Origin: an uncultured Chloroflexia bacterium
GTDB lineage: Bacteria; Chloroflexota; Limnocylindria; QHBO01
Direction: 5' to 3'
Assembly: GCA_963814375.1 (NCBI GenBank)
Contig: CAWFCQ010000008.1
Span: 416,001-480,000, forward strand
Length of the DNA stretch: 64,000 bases
This document shows, piece by piece, positions 11,999 through 21,861 of this stretch. Under the pieces are notes generated by a model. That model had not been told where the DNA came from and ran no database searches. It saw only the letters and a list, made by a program, of their open reading frames with translations. Position 1 is the first letter of the stretch; each line of letters begins with the position of its first letter. The position numbers were made by a program, and so were the translations under genes.

Positions 11999-12030
11999 CC
12001 GAAAGGCGGGCCGTATGGCCCGCCTTTCGG
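11999..12030 (+). terminator. Strong hairpin after giant gene, probable terminator
   Basis: ccgaaaggcgggcc-gtat-ggcccgcctttcgg, perfect 14-bp stem. Confidence 0.75.
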
Positions 12031-12055
12031 CGTCCGGGCGCTAGCATCGGCGCTC

Positions 12056-13177
12056 GTGGGAGGCAAGCCGATCAGCACGCGAGGCGTCGTCTTTCGTGGC
12101 CCCGCGCGCAGCCGCGGATCGAAGAGCTGACGCTCGACGAGCCGCGGCGATGGCGAGGTCCTCGTGCGGATGGCCGCCGCCGGGGTCTGCCACTCGGACC
12201 TCCACGTCGTCGACGGCGAGTGGGAGCGACCGGCGAACGTCGTGCTCGGCCACGAGGGCGCGGCGATCGTGGAGCGACTCGAGCTCGGCGACCGCGACGT
12301 CAGTGCGCCGCTCGACGGGGCCTCGCCGAGGGCGACCTCGTCGTGCTCGCCTGGACGGCGCCGTGCGGGTCGATGCGCGAGCTGCCGGCGTCAGGAAGCG
12401 TGGCTCTGCGCCACGCCGGCGGGAGCGGGCATCGGCTGGCTCCGGAGGACGTGCGGCTGCGGCGGCCGGACGGCGAGCGCGATCGGCGCCTACTCCGGGA
12501 TCGGCACGTTCGGGGAGCGGCAGGTCGTCGCGCAGGAGGCAGCGATCCCGATCGATCCGTCGACGCCGCCGGAGATCGCGGCGCTCATCGGCTGCGCCGT
12601 GACGACCGGCATCGGTGCGGTGCTCAACACGGCGCGGGTGCGAGCCGGGCGAGAGCGTGGTCGTCATCGGCGCGGGCGGAGTCGGGCTGTCGGTCGATCA
12701 TGGGAGCGGCCCTCGCGGGCGCCGTCGCCGATCATCGCCGTCGACACGCAGCCGTCCAAGCTCGAGCTCGCGCGACAGGGCGGGCGCCACGCACGCGATC
12801 GGTCCGCGACCGAGGCGGTGACTGGCGAGGCGGAGCCGATCACGTCTTCGAGGCGATCGGCCTCCGGCAGACCGTCGAGCTGGCGATCGACCTCGTCCGG
12901 CCGGGCGGCAGCGTCACGCTCGGTGGGCATGACACCGCAGGGGGAGCGGGCCGGGATCGACGTCTACCGCTTCGTCGAGGATGGCAAGATGATTCGAGGC
13001 TCGAACTACGGCTCCGCCGACGCCTGCAGTCGACTTCCCGCGCATCGCGGAGGACTACGCCGCCGGCCGTCTGCCGCTCGACCTGCTGATCACGGAGCGG
13101 ATCGACCTCGAGGGTGTCCCGGGCGCGCTCGATGCGATGCGGCGGGGCGACGGAGCGCGCAGGGTCGTGTCTTCTAG
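12056..13177 (+). CDS. Zn-dependent alcohol dehydrogenase (multiply frameshifted)
   Basis: GVCHSDLH, VLGHEG, IGCAVTTG, VIGAGGVG motifs spread over frames. Confidence 0.85.
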
Positions 13178-13647
13178 CGCCGATACCGCTCCGGAGGCGG
13201 CGCCGAGCCCTTTGTCGCCCGGAGGATCCGGTCGATCTCCTCGCGATACCGGGCACCCGAGGCGTGGCGCCGGAGCCAGGTGAGGTAGTCGGGGTCCCGA
13301 CGGGCGATCTCGCCGATCGTCCAGCCCTCGTATCGTCCGAAGTCGAGGCGCTTCTTGCTGCCATCGGCGTCAAGCGGGCCGCGCGACGCCCCGTGCGTCG
13401 ACCCCTCCGCAACGCTCGTCGGAGGTGCGCGACGACGATCCGCCTCCCACAGCCGCCGTTTCAGGGGATCTCGCACGGTCGCGTAAGCCCAGTTCAGGTC
13501 GGTCATGCGGCGCTCCTCCGCGGCGTTCAACGGCGTTGACGCATCGGGATGGACCTTGCGGGCGAGGACCCGGAAGGCGGCCTTGACGACGTCGATATCG
13601 GCATCCGGCTGCACCTGGAGGATCCTGTACGGATCACGCTTCTCCAT
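13174..13647 (-). CDS. J-domain protein with small C-terminal FGRY...W...YL.WL domain
   Basis: DPYRILQV...ARKVHPD J-domain; LDFGRYEGWTIGEIARRDPDYLTWL. Confidence 0.85.
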   Translation of the reverse strand: MEKRDPYRILQVQPDADIDVVKAAFRVLARKVHPDASTPLNAAEERRMTDLNWAYATVRDPLKRRLWEADRRRAPPTSVAEGSTHGASRGPLDADGSKKRLDFGRYEGWTIGEIARRDPDYLTWLRRHASGARYREEIDRILRATKGSAPPPERYRR

Positions 13648-13660
13648 CGGCAGGCCGCGG

Positions 13661-15313
13661 TCAGGTCAGCGCGCGCTCGACGACCTGCCGCAGGACGGGC
13701 AGCGGGAGGGCGCCGTCGCCGAGCACCACGTCGTGGAAGCGCTTGATGTCGAAGCGCGATCCCTGGCGTTCGCGCGCTTCGGCGCGGAGCTGGAGCAGCT
13801 CGCGCTGACCGAGCTTGTAGGCGAGGGCCTGGCCGGCGTAGGCGATGTATCGGTCCACCTCGTTGGCGATGTTGTTCTCGCCCAGCGCCGTGTGCTCTGT
13901 CATGAAGTCGATGGCCCGCTGCCGCGTCCAGCCCATGGCGTGGATGCCGGTGTCGACGACGAGCCGCGATCCACGCCAGGCGTCGAAGCTGAGGACGCCG
14001 AAACGGTCGGTCTCGCCGCTCAGCAGCCCCATTTCCTCGCTCAGCCGTTCGGTGTACAGGCCCCAGCCCTCGATGAAGGCGGTGCAGCCGTTGAAGCGGC
14101 GGAAATCGGGCAGCTCGTCGAGCTCCTGGCCGATCGCGAGCTGGAGGTGATGGCCGGGCACAGCCTCGTGGAAGGCGAGCGTCTCGGCCTCGTACCGCGG
14201 GCGCGTCTCGGGCGCGTAGGTGTTGAGGTAGTACTGGCCGGGACGGGAGCCATCCGCCGCGGGCTCGCGGTAATACGCGATGGTCGAGTGCTTCTCCTCG
14301 TGCGGCTGCATGACGACGACCTCGCAGGGGGCCTGCGGCAGGCGACCGAACCAATCGCCGATGGCGGCGTTCGCGCGCTCAAGAGAGGCCCGCGCCACCG
14401 CTTCGATCTCCTCGCGTGAGCGAAAGTGGAGCGCCGGGTCCTCGCGCAGCGCCCGCAGTGTCTCCGCCAGGCCGGTCGTTCCCAGAAGCGCGCGCCCGAG
14501 CTCGATGAACTCCGAGTCGACGCGTCGAATCTCCTCCAGGCCGATGGCGTGGATCTCCTCCGGAGCCATCTCGACCGAGGTGTGAGCCCGGACAAGCAGG
14601 GCGTACGCATCGGCGCCTCCAGGGAGGTGCGACAGGCCGGGCCGATCGTCAGCTCGTGCGTGCGGGGCGATCTCATCGGCGATGAGCGCCTGGTATCGCT
14701 CGTAGGCGGGCCGGATCTCGTTGGCGATGATCCCGAGCAGCTCGTCCCGGATCTCCGGCACCATCTCGGCCGGCGTTGCGAGCGGCCACTCCTCGTCCGG
14801 GCGCTCGAGCACCTCGTCGATCTGCTCGATGACCTTGGCGCAGAGGGTCGCGACGCCGATGCGGCCGTCGGCGGCGCCGCGCCGCAGGTCGTCACCGGCC
14901 CGGTCGAGGTAGGCGGGCATCGCGCGCCAGCGAGCCAGGAGCGCGTCGGCCTCGGCGGCGTTGCCGGCTGGCTGGTACGAGGGGATGTTGAGGAGCTCGA
15001 CCTGCGGCCCGTCCATGGGATCGACGTTGAACGCGCCAAGGTCCGCGCTCACGAAGGCACGGTCCGTGGCGATGGCATGGGCCAGGGCCGCCCACGTCAC
15101 CTGGTCGTCGCTCGGAACCTCGGTGAGGCGCTGGTCGAAGGCCTCCAGCTGCGCACGCCATGCTTCGCGGCCGGTCGGGGAGTTGTCCTCGAGGCGGTCG
15201 TTGTAGCGCCGATCGCCAAGCGCCGTCGCAAACGCGGGATGGCGCTCGAGGAACGCTTCCCAGTACTCATCGGCCAGCTGGCGGAGCGCGGTCGGCCCGA
15301 CGGCGGTCGTCAC
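13661..15313 (-). CDS. DUF885 family protein (putative metallopeptidase)
   Basis: HEAVPGHH, FIEGWGLYTE, RLVVDTGIH, GQALAYKLG. Confidence 0.92.
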   Translation of the reverse strand: MTTAVGPTALRQLADEYWEAFLERHPAFATALGDRRYNDRLEDNSPTGREAWRAQLEAFDQRLTEVPSDDQVTWAALAHAIATDRAFVSADLGAFNVDPMDGPQVELLNIPSYQPAGNAAEADALLARWRAMPAYLDRAGDDLRRGAADGRIGVATLCAKVIEQIDEVLERPDEEWPLATPAEMVPEIRDELLGIIANEIRPAYERYQALIADEIAPHARADDRPGLSHLPGGADAYALLVRAHTSVEMAPEEIHAIGLEEIRRVDSEFIELGRALLGTTGLAETLRALREDPALHFRSREEIEAVARASLERANAAIGDWFGRLPQAPCEVVVMQPHEEKHSTIAYYREPAADGSRPGQYYLNTYAPETRPRYEAETLAFHEAVPGHHLQLAIGQELDELPDFRRFNGCTAFIEGWGLYTERLSEEMGLLSGETDRFGVLSFDAWRGSRLVVDTGIHAMGWTRQRAIDFMTEHTALGENNIANEVDRYIAYAGQALAYKLGQRELLQLRAEARERQGSRFDIKRFHDVVLGDGALPLPVLRQVVERALT

Positions 15314-15329
15314 GCCGCCATGCTAGCGA

Positions 15330-15518
15330 TCAGCGCGGCATCTGGGTCGCGTGCGGCGCCGGCCCTTCGTCCTCGTCCTTGTCGGTCTCGGGCGCCTCGC
15401 CCTGCGGCCGTTGCGCATCGCCGACCTCGCCGAGCGCGGCGTCCGGATCGGTGATCGGGTTGGGGATCTCGGCATCCTCGAGCTGCTCGACACTGTCCTT
15501 CGTGCGATCGCTGTCCAT
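15330..15518 (-). CDS. Small acidic hypothetical protein (62 aa)
   Basis: GGAGG RBS before ATG at 15518; MDSDRTKDSVEQLED... Confidence 0.55.
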   Translation of the reverse strand: MDSDRTKDSVEQLEDAEIPNPITDPDAALGEVGDAQRPQGEAPETDKDEDEGPAPHATQMPR

Positions 15519-15602
15519 CGGGTCACCTCCTGCACAAGACCGATGCAAGCCGCGCGCCGTTCGACATATGCTCCACGCCCATGCAGGACAACTACTGAGC
15601 CG

Positions 15603-15884
15603 ATGCCCGTCGAGATCGTGACCGGACTGCTCCTGGCCGGCGCCGTGCTGCTCTCCGGCGTTGCGACGTGGCAGCCCGTCCTGCGACGCCCGATCGCCGC
15701 TCTCGCCATCGCCGCGACGGCCCTCTACGCCGCATTCATGATCGTCGTCGTGGGTGCGCTCTCGAACATGGACTCGGGCGAGTCGGTCGGGTGGCTCACC
15801 TACGCGCTGGCGCTCGTGATCGTGGTCGTGGGGCTCGGTCTCGCCTGGTACGTCTTCCGGGGTGGCGAGCGCGAGGCTTCCTGA
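15603..15884 (+). CDS. Small membrane protein (3 TM)
   Basis: Three hydrophobic segments starting MPVEIVTGLLLAG. Confidence 0.65.
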   Translation: MPVEIVTGLLLAGAVLLSGVATWQPVLRRPIAALAIAATALYAAFMIVVVGALSNMDSGESVGWLTYALALVIVVVGLGLAWYVFRGGEREAS

Positions 15885-15900
15885 GCGGAGGCGGCCGGGC

Positions 15901-17844
15901 TCAGCCCATGCCGCGGAGGCGGAGGAACTCGGCGTTGGAGGAGTCGCGACCGAGGAATCCCCGGACGAGCTCCTCGGCGTCGCGTGAGCCGTTCGGCTCG
16001 AGGATCTCGCGCCGGTAGTCCGCGCCCACCGACGGCGAGAGGATCCCCTCGTTGGCGAATCGGCTGTACATGTCGTCGCCGATGACATTCGCCCACAGGT
16101 ATCCGTAGTAGCCGGCGTCGTAACCGCCAAGCAGATGCCCGAAGCCGGCGAGCATGAACGTGCCTTCCGGGTACGGCATGCCGGTCACGGCGTACGTTCG
16201 CCGCAGCGCGGCATCGAGGTCCGGCGTGGTGGGCTCTGCATGGAGCGCCAGGTCGATCTGACCGTAAAACGCCTGCATCGCCGTCTTCAGGCCGACGTTC
16301 ACGAAGCGCGAGCCCCGCAGCTGCTCCGCCAGGTCGGCCGGCATCGGCTCGCCGGTCTGGTAGTGCCGAGCGAAGCGCCCGAGGACCGATGGGTCCCACG
16401 CCCAGTGCTCCATGATCTGGGAGGGAGCCTCCACGAAGTCCCACTCCGTCTCGCCGCCGCTGAACCGTGCGAACTCGGCGCGGCTCAGGCTGAGGTGGAG
16501 GATGTGCCCGAACTCGTGGAACAGCGTGGTCACCTCGGTGTGCTTGAGGAGCGACGGCCGATCCGCCGAGGGTGGCGTGAAGTTGGCGACGATGGCGCTC
16601 ACCGGTGCGACCTGGCTGCCGTCGGCGGCGCGGTGTCCGATGACGAGCGTGAACGCCGCGGCGTGGCCGAACTTCCCGTCACGTGGGAAGAGGTCCGCGT
16701 AGAAGTGGGCCACGCTGCGACCGGAGCCACGGTCGAGGATCTCGTACAACCGCACGCTGTCGTGCCAGGCATGCGCCTCCTCGATGACCCGATAGTCGAG
16801 CCCGAGGACCTCGCCGGTGATGTCGAACATGCCCTGGACGACGGCTTCGAGCGGGAAGTACTCGCTCACCTCGTCCTGGTCGATTCCGTACTCTTCGCGC
16901 CGCATCATGGTGTCGGCGTAGCGCCAGTCCCACGGCTGGACCGCCTCGCCGTCAAGGCCGATCCGGGAGGCGAGCGCGTCGAGGTCGGAGCGAACCGTCG
17001 CGTCGAGGGCGGGGAGCAGCTCCTCGTAGAAGGTTCGGACCCGCGCCGGGTCCTTTGCCATCTTGAGCTCCATGGCGTGGTGGGCCCAGGTGGGCTCGCC
17101 GAGGATCTCGGCGATTCGACGCCGCAGCTCGAGAGCTTCCTGGAGCAGCGGCCGGTTGTCATCGATCGCCCTGCTCCAGTCCTTGTCGAACAGCGCCCGC
17201 CGCAGCTCTCTGTCGTTCCCTTGCTCGAGGAACGGAAAGACCTCCGGGTAGTCGAGGCTCACGCGGAAGGTGGCTTCATGCTCTCCGGGGCTCAGCCGCT
17301 CGATGTACGCGTCGCCCAGGCCGTCGAGCTGCTCCCGCGTGACGTCGATGCCGTCGCGGAACTCGTTGAGGTTCCGCTGGAACGCAACCTCGACCTCGAC
17401 GAGGCGGTTTCGCAGCGTTTCGAGCTCGTTTCGCTTGGCCCCGTCCAGCTCCTGCCCTGCGCGGCGGAAGTCGCGCAGCCAGTGCTCCAGGAGACGCGCC
17501 CGCTCCCCGCTGAGAGCCTGAGCGTCGTCTGTCGTGGCGAATGCACGGACCGCCTCGAACAGGTCGCGGCGGAAGGCGACGGCGACCCGCCATTTGCTGA
17601 GGCGCTCCTCCGCATCGGTGCCGGCGTCGCGCACATCGGCATCGGGGTGGACCTGTCCCATGAATGCGCCGATGCCATAGGCCCGCATGAGGTCTGCCCA
17701 GGCAAGCTCGAGCGGCAGCAGGGTGGCGTCGAACGATGGCGCCGCCGCGACGGCACCCGCCACGAGCGCGTCGGCATCCGCAATGGCGGCATCGGTCGCA
17801 TCGCGAACTGATTGGGCTGTCACCGTGGCGAAGTCGTGAAGCAT
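15901..17844 (-). CDS. M3 family metallopeptidase (thimet oligopeptidase-like)
   Basis: DLFPRDGK, LFHEFGH, DFVEAPSQ, GYYGYLWA. Confidence 0.93.
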   Translation of the reverse strand: MLHDFATVTAQSVRDATDAAIADADALVAGAVAAAPSFDATLLPLELAWADLMRAYGIGAFMGQVHPDADVRDAGTDAEERLSKWRVAVAFRRDLFEAVRAFATTDDAQALSGERARLLEHWLRDFRRAGQELDGAKRNELETLRNRLVEVEVAFQRNLNEFRDGIDVTREQLDGLGDAYIERLSPGEHEATFRVSLDYPEVFPFLEQGNDRELRRALFDKDWSRAIDDNRPLLQEALELRRRIAEILGEPTWAHHAMELKMAKDPARVRTFYEELLPALDATVRSDLDALASRIGLDGEAVQPWDWRYADTMMRREEYGIDQDEVSEYFPLEAVVQGMFDITGEVLGLDYRVIEEAHAWHDSVRLYEILDRGSGRSVAHFYADLFPRDGKFGHAAAFTLVIGHRAADGSQVAPVSAIVANFTPPSADRPSLLKHTEVTTLFHEFGHILHLSLSRAEFARFSGGETEWDFVEAPSQIMEHWAWDPSVLGRFARHYQTGEPMPADLAEQLRGSRFVNVGLKTAMQAFYGQIDLALHAEPTTPDLDAALRRTYAVTGMPYPEGTFMLAGFGHLLGGYDAGYYGYLWANVIGDDMYSRFANEGILSPSVGADYRREILEPNGSRDAEELVRGFLGRDSSNAEFLRLRGMG

Positions 17845-17922
17845 CGGGGGCATCCTAGCGTTGGCGGCTGCGATCGGCATCGGTCATGCATGAGATACCC
17901 CACCCCGCACCGATGGAGATCA

Positions 17923-18912
17923 ATGCCCCGATTCGGATACGCGCTCAGCAGCGAAGAGCACCGGCCCGCGGACCTCGTGCGAAACGCCGCACTGGCCGAG
18001 GAGGCCGGGCTGGAGTTCGCGCTCATCAGCGACCACTACCACCCGTGGGTCGATGCCCAGGGCCACTCCGCGTTCGTCTGGACCGTCCTCGGCGGAATCG
18101 CGCGCGAGACGAAGCGGCTCGAGGTGGGGACCGGCGTCACCTGCCCGATCATCCGCACCCACCCAGCCATCATCGCCCAGGCAGCAGCGACCACCGCCGA
18201 CCTCTTCGATGGACGATTCTTCCTGGGGATCGGAACCGGGGAGAACCTCAACGAGCACATCCTCGGCGACCACTGGCCAATCTACGACGACCGGCGCGAG
18301 ATGCTGATCGAGTCGATCGAGATCATCCGCGGGCTGTGGAAGGGCGAGCTGTACAGCCACCGCGGCGATCATTACGTGGTCGACAACGCCCGGATCTACA
18401 CCCTGCCGGAGACGCCGCCGCGGATCATGGTGGCGGCCGGTGGCCCCGAGTCGGCGTCGATGGCCGGCGAGCACGGCGATGGCCTGATCATCACGTCACC
18501 GGAGGCCGAGGTGATCGATGCGTTCCGCGCCGTGGGCGGCGAGAAGAAGCCGATCTACGGGCAGGTCACGGTGTGCTGGGCGAAGTCGGAGGAAGAGGCG
18601 ACGAAGACGCTGCACACGATCTGGCCGAACGCCGGCGTCCCGGGCGAGCTGTCGCAGGAGCTGGCGTTGCCGCGCCACTTCGAGCAGGCCTCGAGCATCG
18701 TGACGCCCGAGATGCTCGTCGAGCACACGCCGGTCGGCCCCGACCCTGAGCGCTACCTGGCCTCGGTCCGCGAGTATCTCGATGCCGGGGTCGAGAACGT
18801 TTATGTGCACCAGGTCGGGCCGGACCAGGAGGGGTTCCTGCGCTTCTTCACCGATGAGCTCCAGCCGGAGCTGACCAAGCTGTCGTCACGCGAGCCCGTC
18901 GCCGTCGGCTGA
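17923..18912 (+). CDS. F420-dependent LLM-class oxidoreductase (G6PDH-like family)
   Basis: GYALSSEEH, ISDHYHPW, GTGVTCP, GTGENLNEH. Confidence 0.92.
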   Translation: MPRFGYALSSEEHRPADLVRNAALAEEAGLEFALISDHYHPWVDAQGHSAFVWTVLGGIARETKRLEVGTGVTCPIIRTHPAIIAQAAATTADLFDGRFFLGIGTGENLNEHILGDHWPIYDDRREMLIESIEIIRGLWKGELYSHRGDHYVVDNARIYTLPETPPRIMVAAGGPESASMAGEHGDGLIITSPEAEVIDAFRAVGGEKKPIYGQVTVCWAKSEEEATKTLHTIWPNAGVPGELSQELALPRHFEQASSIVTPEMLVEHTPVGPDPERYLASVREYLDAGVENVYVHQVGPDQEGFLRFFTDELQPELTKLSSREPVAVG

Positions 18913-19005
18913 TCCGGCACTAGCATGCGCCGGTGAGCAGCATCCGAACCTGCCAGCGCAGCTTCATCTGAACGTTTTCACCGGCCTCGGGCGTCGGTGT
19001 AGGCA

Positions 19006-19542
19006 GTGACCATCGACGCCGCAGCCCTGCACGGCTCCGATGCGACGGCCGCGGCCGACGCATTCACCGCCCTTGTGGAGCTGCGCCTCGATGACAGCTT
19101 CCGCCTGGCGCAGCTGATCCTGCGCAGCCCGGCCGATGCCGAGGACGCGATAAATGACGCGTTTCTCGCCGCGTGGAACGGCCGCCGAACACTCCGTGAT
19201 CCGGCGCGGCTCGATGCCTGGTTCAGCCGGATCGTCCTCAACGCCTGCCGGGATCGGCTGCGGCATCGGCGGCGTCACCCGGTGGAACGGCTGCCCGATG
19301 AGCCGGTCCTCCGCGCGCCCGACCGGCATGCGGTCGTCGACGACCGGCTCGCGATAGAAGCCGCGTTCGACCGTCTGAAGCCGGATCACCGGATCGTCCT
19401 CGTCCTGCGCTTCTATCGAGACCTCACGGTCGACCAGATCGCCTCGGTTATCGGGGTTCCGGCCGGCACCGTGAAGTCCCGCCTCCACCATGCGCTGCGC
19501 GATATGCGCGGTGTCCTCGACCACCCAGGGGTAGACCGATGA
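19006..19542 (+). CDS. ECF sigma-70 factor
   Basis: DAEDAINDAFLAAW region 2; GTVKSRLHHAL region 4. Confidence 0.9.
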   Translation: MTIDAAALHGSDATAAADAFTALVELRLDDSFRLAQLILRSPADAEDAINDAFLAAWNGRRTLRDPARLDAWFSRIVLNACRDRLRHRRRHPVERLPDEPVLRAPDRHAVVDDRLAIEAAFDRLKPDHRIVLVLRFYRDLTVDQIASVIGVPAGTVKSRLHHALRDMRGVLDHPGVDR

Positions 19543-20522
19543 CCCGGCGCGATCCGAACGCATCAACCCAGCTCGAGGAGCGCGTGGCGGCCTGGCTGCA
19601 CGCCACCTCGATCGAAGCTCCGTCGTCGTCGCTGCGCGACCGGTTGGCGGCGATCCCATTGACCGATCAGGGGCGCCAGCCAGCTCTCGCCGGTCGGCTC
19701 CTCGCCATCGGCCTGACGGTTGCGGCCGTGGTCGTGGTCGCGGTTGGAGCCTTCCTGCTTCTGGGCCGCGATCGCATCGGATCTCAGCTACCTGGTGGGA
19801 CCTGCGCCGGCGACGCCGATGCGCTCCTCCGCGACGCGGTCGAAGACCTCCGTGGGGCTGAAGGGTATCGATGGACCGAGGAGAACGAGATGTGGGGTTT
19901 CGATCCGGCGTTTCCGATCTCCGCGGACGATCCTCACTACGCGTGGAGCGGCTATCGGGGGGAGGGTGCGTACCTTAGTCCGGATCGACTCCTGGTCGTC
20001 GCGACCGACGATGACGACCCGGAGCGCACTCTGGGGCCGGGCGGCTACGATCGGTTCCTCAGTGTCGGCGGCCAATGGTGGGGATTCATCGCAGGCGGCC
20101 TTGCCGACCCCACCCCGAGTGGCACGATCGTCGAGTGGCAGGAGCTGCCGGTCGGCTCATCGGCCCGTGACTTCGTGCCGAACTACCTGCTTACGTCGAC
20201 ACTCGCACGCGACCTTCCGCTTGCTCCCGGATCCCTCTCAGGAGAGCTGCCGGGGAGTGGGGGATGCACGATCGTCCGAACATTGAGCTTCATCACACCC
20301 AGCGGAAGCGAGCCTGGGCCGCCATACGTGATCGGCGTCAGGCTCGACGCGGATGGCAGGCTCATGGCAGGCGCGTTCGAATCCGTCACCGACGAGACCC
20401 CGGAGGACCGTCGCGGCAACGTCCGCCATCGCTTCGAGATCAGGTACGAGGTTCCCGATGCCTCGGAGTTCACGCCACCAGCTGGGCCGATTCTCACGCC
20501 TGAGCCGGTTCCGACTCCGTGA
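19539..20522 (+). CDS. Putative membrane-anchored anti-sigma factor
   Basis: ATGA overlap with ECF gene; short N-terminus, one TM, extracytoplasmic domain. Confidence 0.65.
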   Translation: MTRRDPNASTQLEERVAAWLHATSIEAPSSSLRDRLAAIPLTDQGRQPALAGRLLAIGLTVAAVVVVAVGAFLLLGRDRIGSQLPGGTCAGDADALLRDAVEDLRGAEGYRWTEENEMWGFDPAFPISADDPHYAWSGYRGEGAYLSPDRLLVVATDDDDPERTLGPGGYDRFLSVGGQWWGFIAGGLADPTPSGTIVEWQELPVGSSARDFVPNYLLTSTLARDLPLAPGSLSGELPGSGGCTIVRTLSFITPSGSEPGPPYVIGVRLDADGRLMAGAFESVTDETPEDRRGNVRHRFEIRYEVPDASEFTPPAGPILTPEPVPTP

Positions 20523-20559
20523 CGCCATCGAGCACGGCCGGCAGGTTGTCCCCGCTACC

Positions 20560-21048
20560 TCACAGGGTGATTCCGTACCGGGCCTGGAGCTCGTCCGACC
20601 AGTCGTTGAGGATATCGAGCCCGTAGGCCTCAGCGGCGGCGTTGTAGCGCTTGGTCCACTCCGGACCGTGCTCGCGGAGGATCGGCGCGATCTCTTCGAA
20701 GTAGTGCTCGAGCCCACCAGGGCTCACGACCTCGAGGACCCGCGCCGGCTGGTCCGCGAGGTTCCACATCGCGTGCGGAACGTCGCGCGGCTTGATCAGC
20801 CAGCTGCCGGTGGGGACTTCCTCGACGGTGCTCTCGCCGGTGCGGACGCCGATCGGTCCCGCGAGGACGAGCGAGAACTCATCTTCGCGCGTGTGGGCGT
20901 GGGGCTTGATGAGCGTCCGCGGCGGGATCGTGACCTCGAGGATCGACACCGCTCCAGCCGACTCGTCCGCGCCGGCGCCCCAGCGGAACACGACCTCGTT
21001 GAGCTGGACGACGTGAGAATCCTCGGGGAGGATGACCTTGGGTTCCAT
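20560..21048 (-). CDS. Cupin domain protein
   Basis: PHAHTREDE...KPRDVPHAMWN cupin motifs. Confidence 0.88.
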   Translation of the reverse strand: MEPKVILPEDSHVVQLNEVVFRWGAGADESAGAVSILEVTIPPRTLIKPHAHTREDEFSLVLAGPIGVRTGESTVEEVPTGSWLIKPRDVPHAMWNLADQPARVLEVVSPGGLEHYFEEIAPILREHGPEWTKRYNAAAEAYGLDILNDWSDELQARYGITL

Positions 21049-21073
21049 GGCGGCATGATGACACCCGCCGACT

Positions 21074-21646
21074 TCAGGCGGGAGCGCCCATGGCGGGCGG
21101 GGAGGAGCGCGTCGAGAACCCGGCGATGATCCAGGTGAACCCGGCCATCAGCAGCATGACGCCCACGTACACGCCGATGACGAGGCCTGAGACCGGGATG
21201 TTCGTGAGGACCCACAGTCCGAAGAGGATGTTGATCACGCCGAAGATGATGATCAGCCAGCGGTTCGGCAGATCTCTGGTGAACGCCGCCCACAGCCGGA
21301 TCACGCCGTCGATGATGAGCAGCAGCCCGACCACGACGGTCAGCGCCACCACGCCCTCCAGCGGGTTGGCGATGATGTCGAAGCCGACGAGGATGTAGAG
21401 CACGCCGAGGGCGATGTTCAGGATGCGGCCCCCGAGCGAGCTGCCGCTCATGAACGCGCCGACGATCTCGACGACGCCACCGATGACCAGCGCCCAGCCG
21501 ACGATCACCGTCGTCACCAGCGTGGCGTCGATCGCGTTGTAGAGCGCGGCGAAGCCGAGGATCACGAGCAGCACGCCGAAGGCGACGAACCAACCCCACC
21601 CCCCTCTGGACTCCGTGATTGATGGGTCTGGGTTGAGCGCCTGCAT
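21074..21646 (-). CDS. HdeD/DUF308 membrane protein
   Basis: WGWFVAFGVLLVILG, six TM helices in a duplicated pattern. Confidence 0.85.
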   Translation of the reverse strand: MQALNPDPSITESRGGWGWFVAFGVLLVILGFAALYNAIDATLVTTVIVGWALVIGGVVEIVGAFMSGSSLGGRILNIALGVLYILVGFDIIANPLEGVVALTVVVGLLLIIDGVIRLWAAFTRDLPNRWLIIIFGVINILFGLWVLTNIPVSGLVIGVYVGVMLLMAGFTWIIAGFSTRSSPPAMGAPA

Positions 21647-21744
21647 GTGGATCCCGACCTCCCTGGTGATTGCGACCCGTGCCGAAGTGGCTGGTCCGCA
21701 TCGGATCATAGAGCCGCGGGCGCACGACGCTTGTCCCCGCCACG

Positions 21745-21764
21745 CATGCGACATGTGTCGCATG
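21745..21764. promoter_or_regulatory. Palindromic operator candidate
   Basis: catgcgaca-tg-tgtcgcatg between divergent genes. Confidence 0.45.
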
Positions 21765-21861
21765 GGCTGCCGCATCGGCAGTGCTAGCGTCGGATCCAAC
21801 CGCAGAATCCGAGGCACCAACGGTCGGCCCGGCGCTTTCGCCCGCCGACCATGGCAGTTCC

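Noticed and set aside
4820-13177. Frameshifts as programmed recoding or true pseudogenisation
   Set aside because: Indels are numerous, lack slippery-site consistency, affect unrelated genes and leave motifs intact; sequencing or assembly error is most plausible, though reads are needed.
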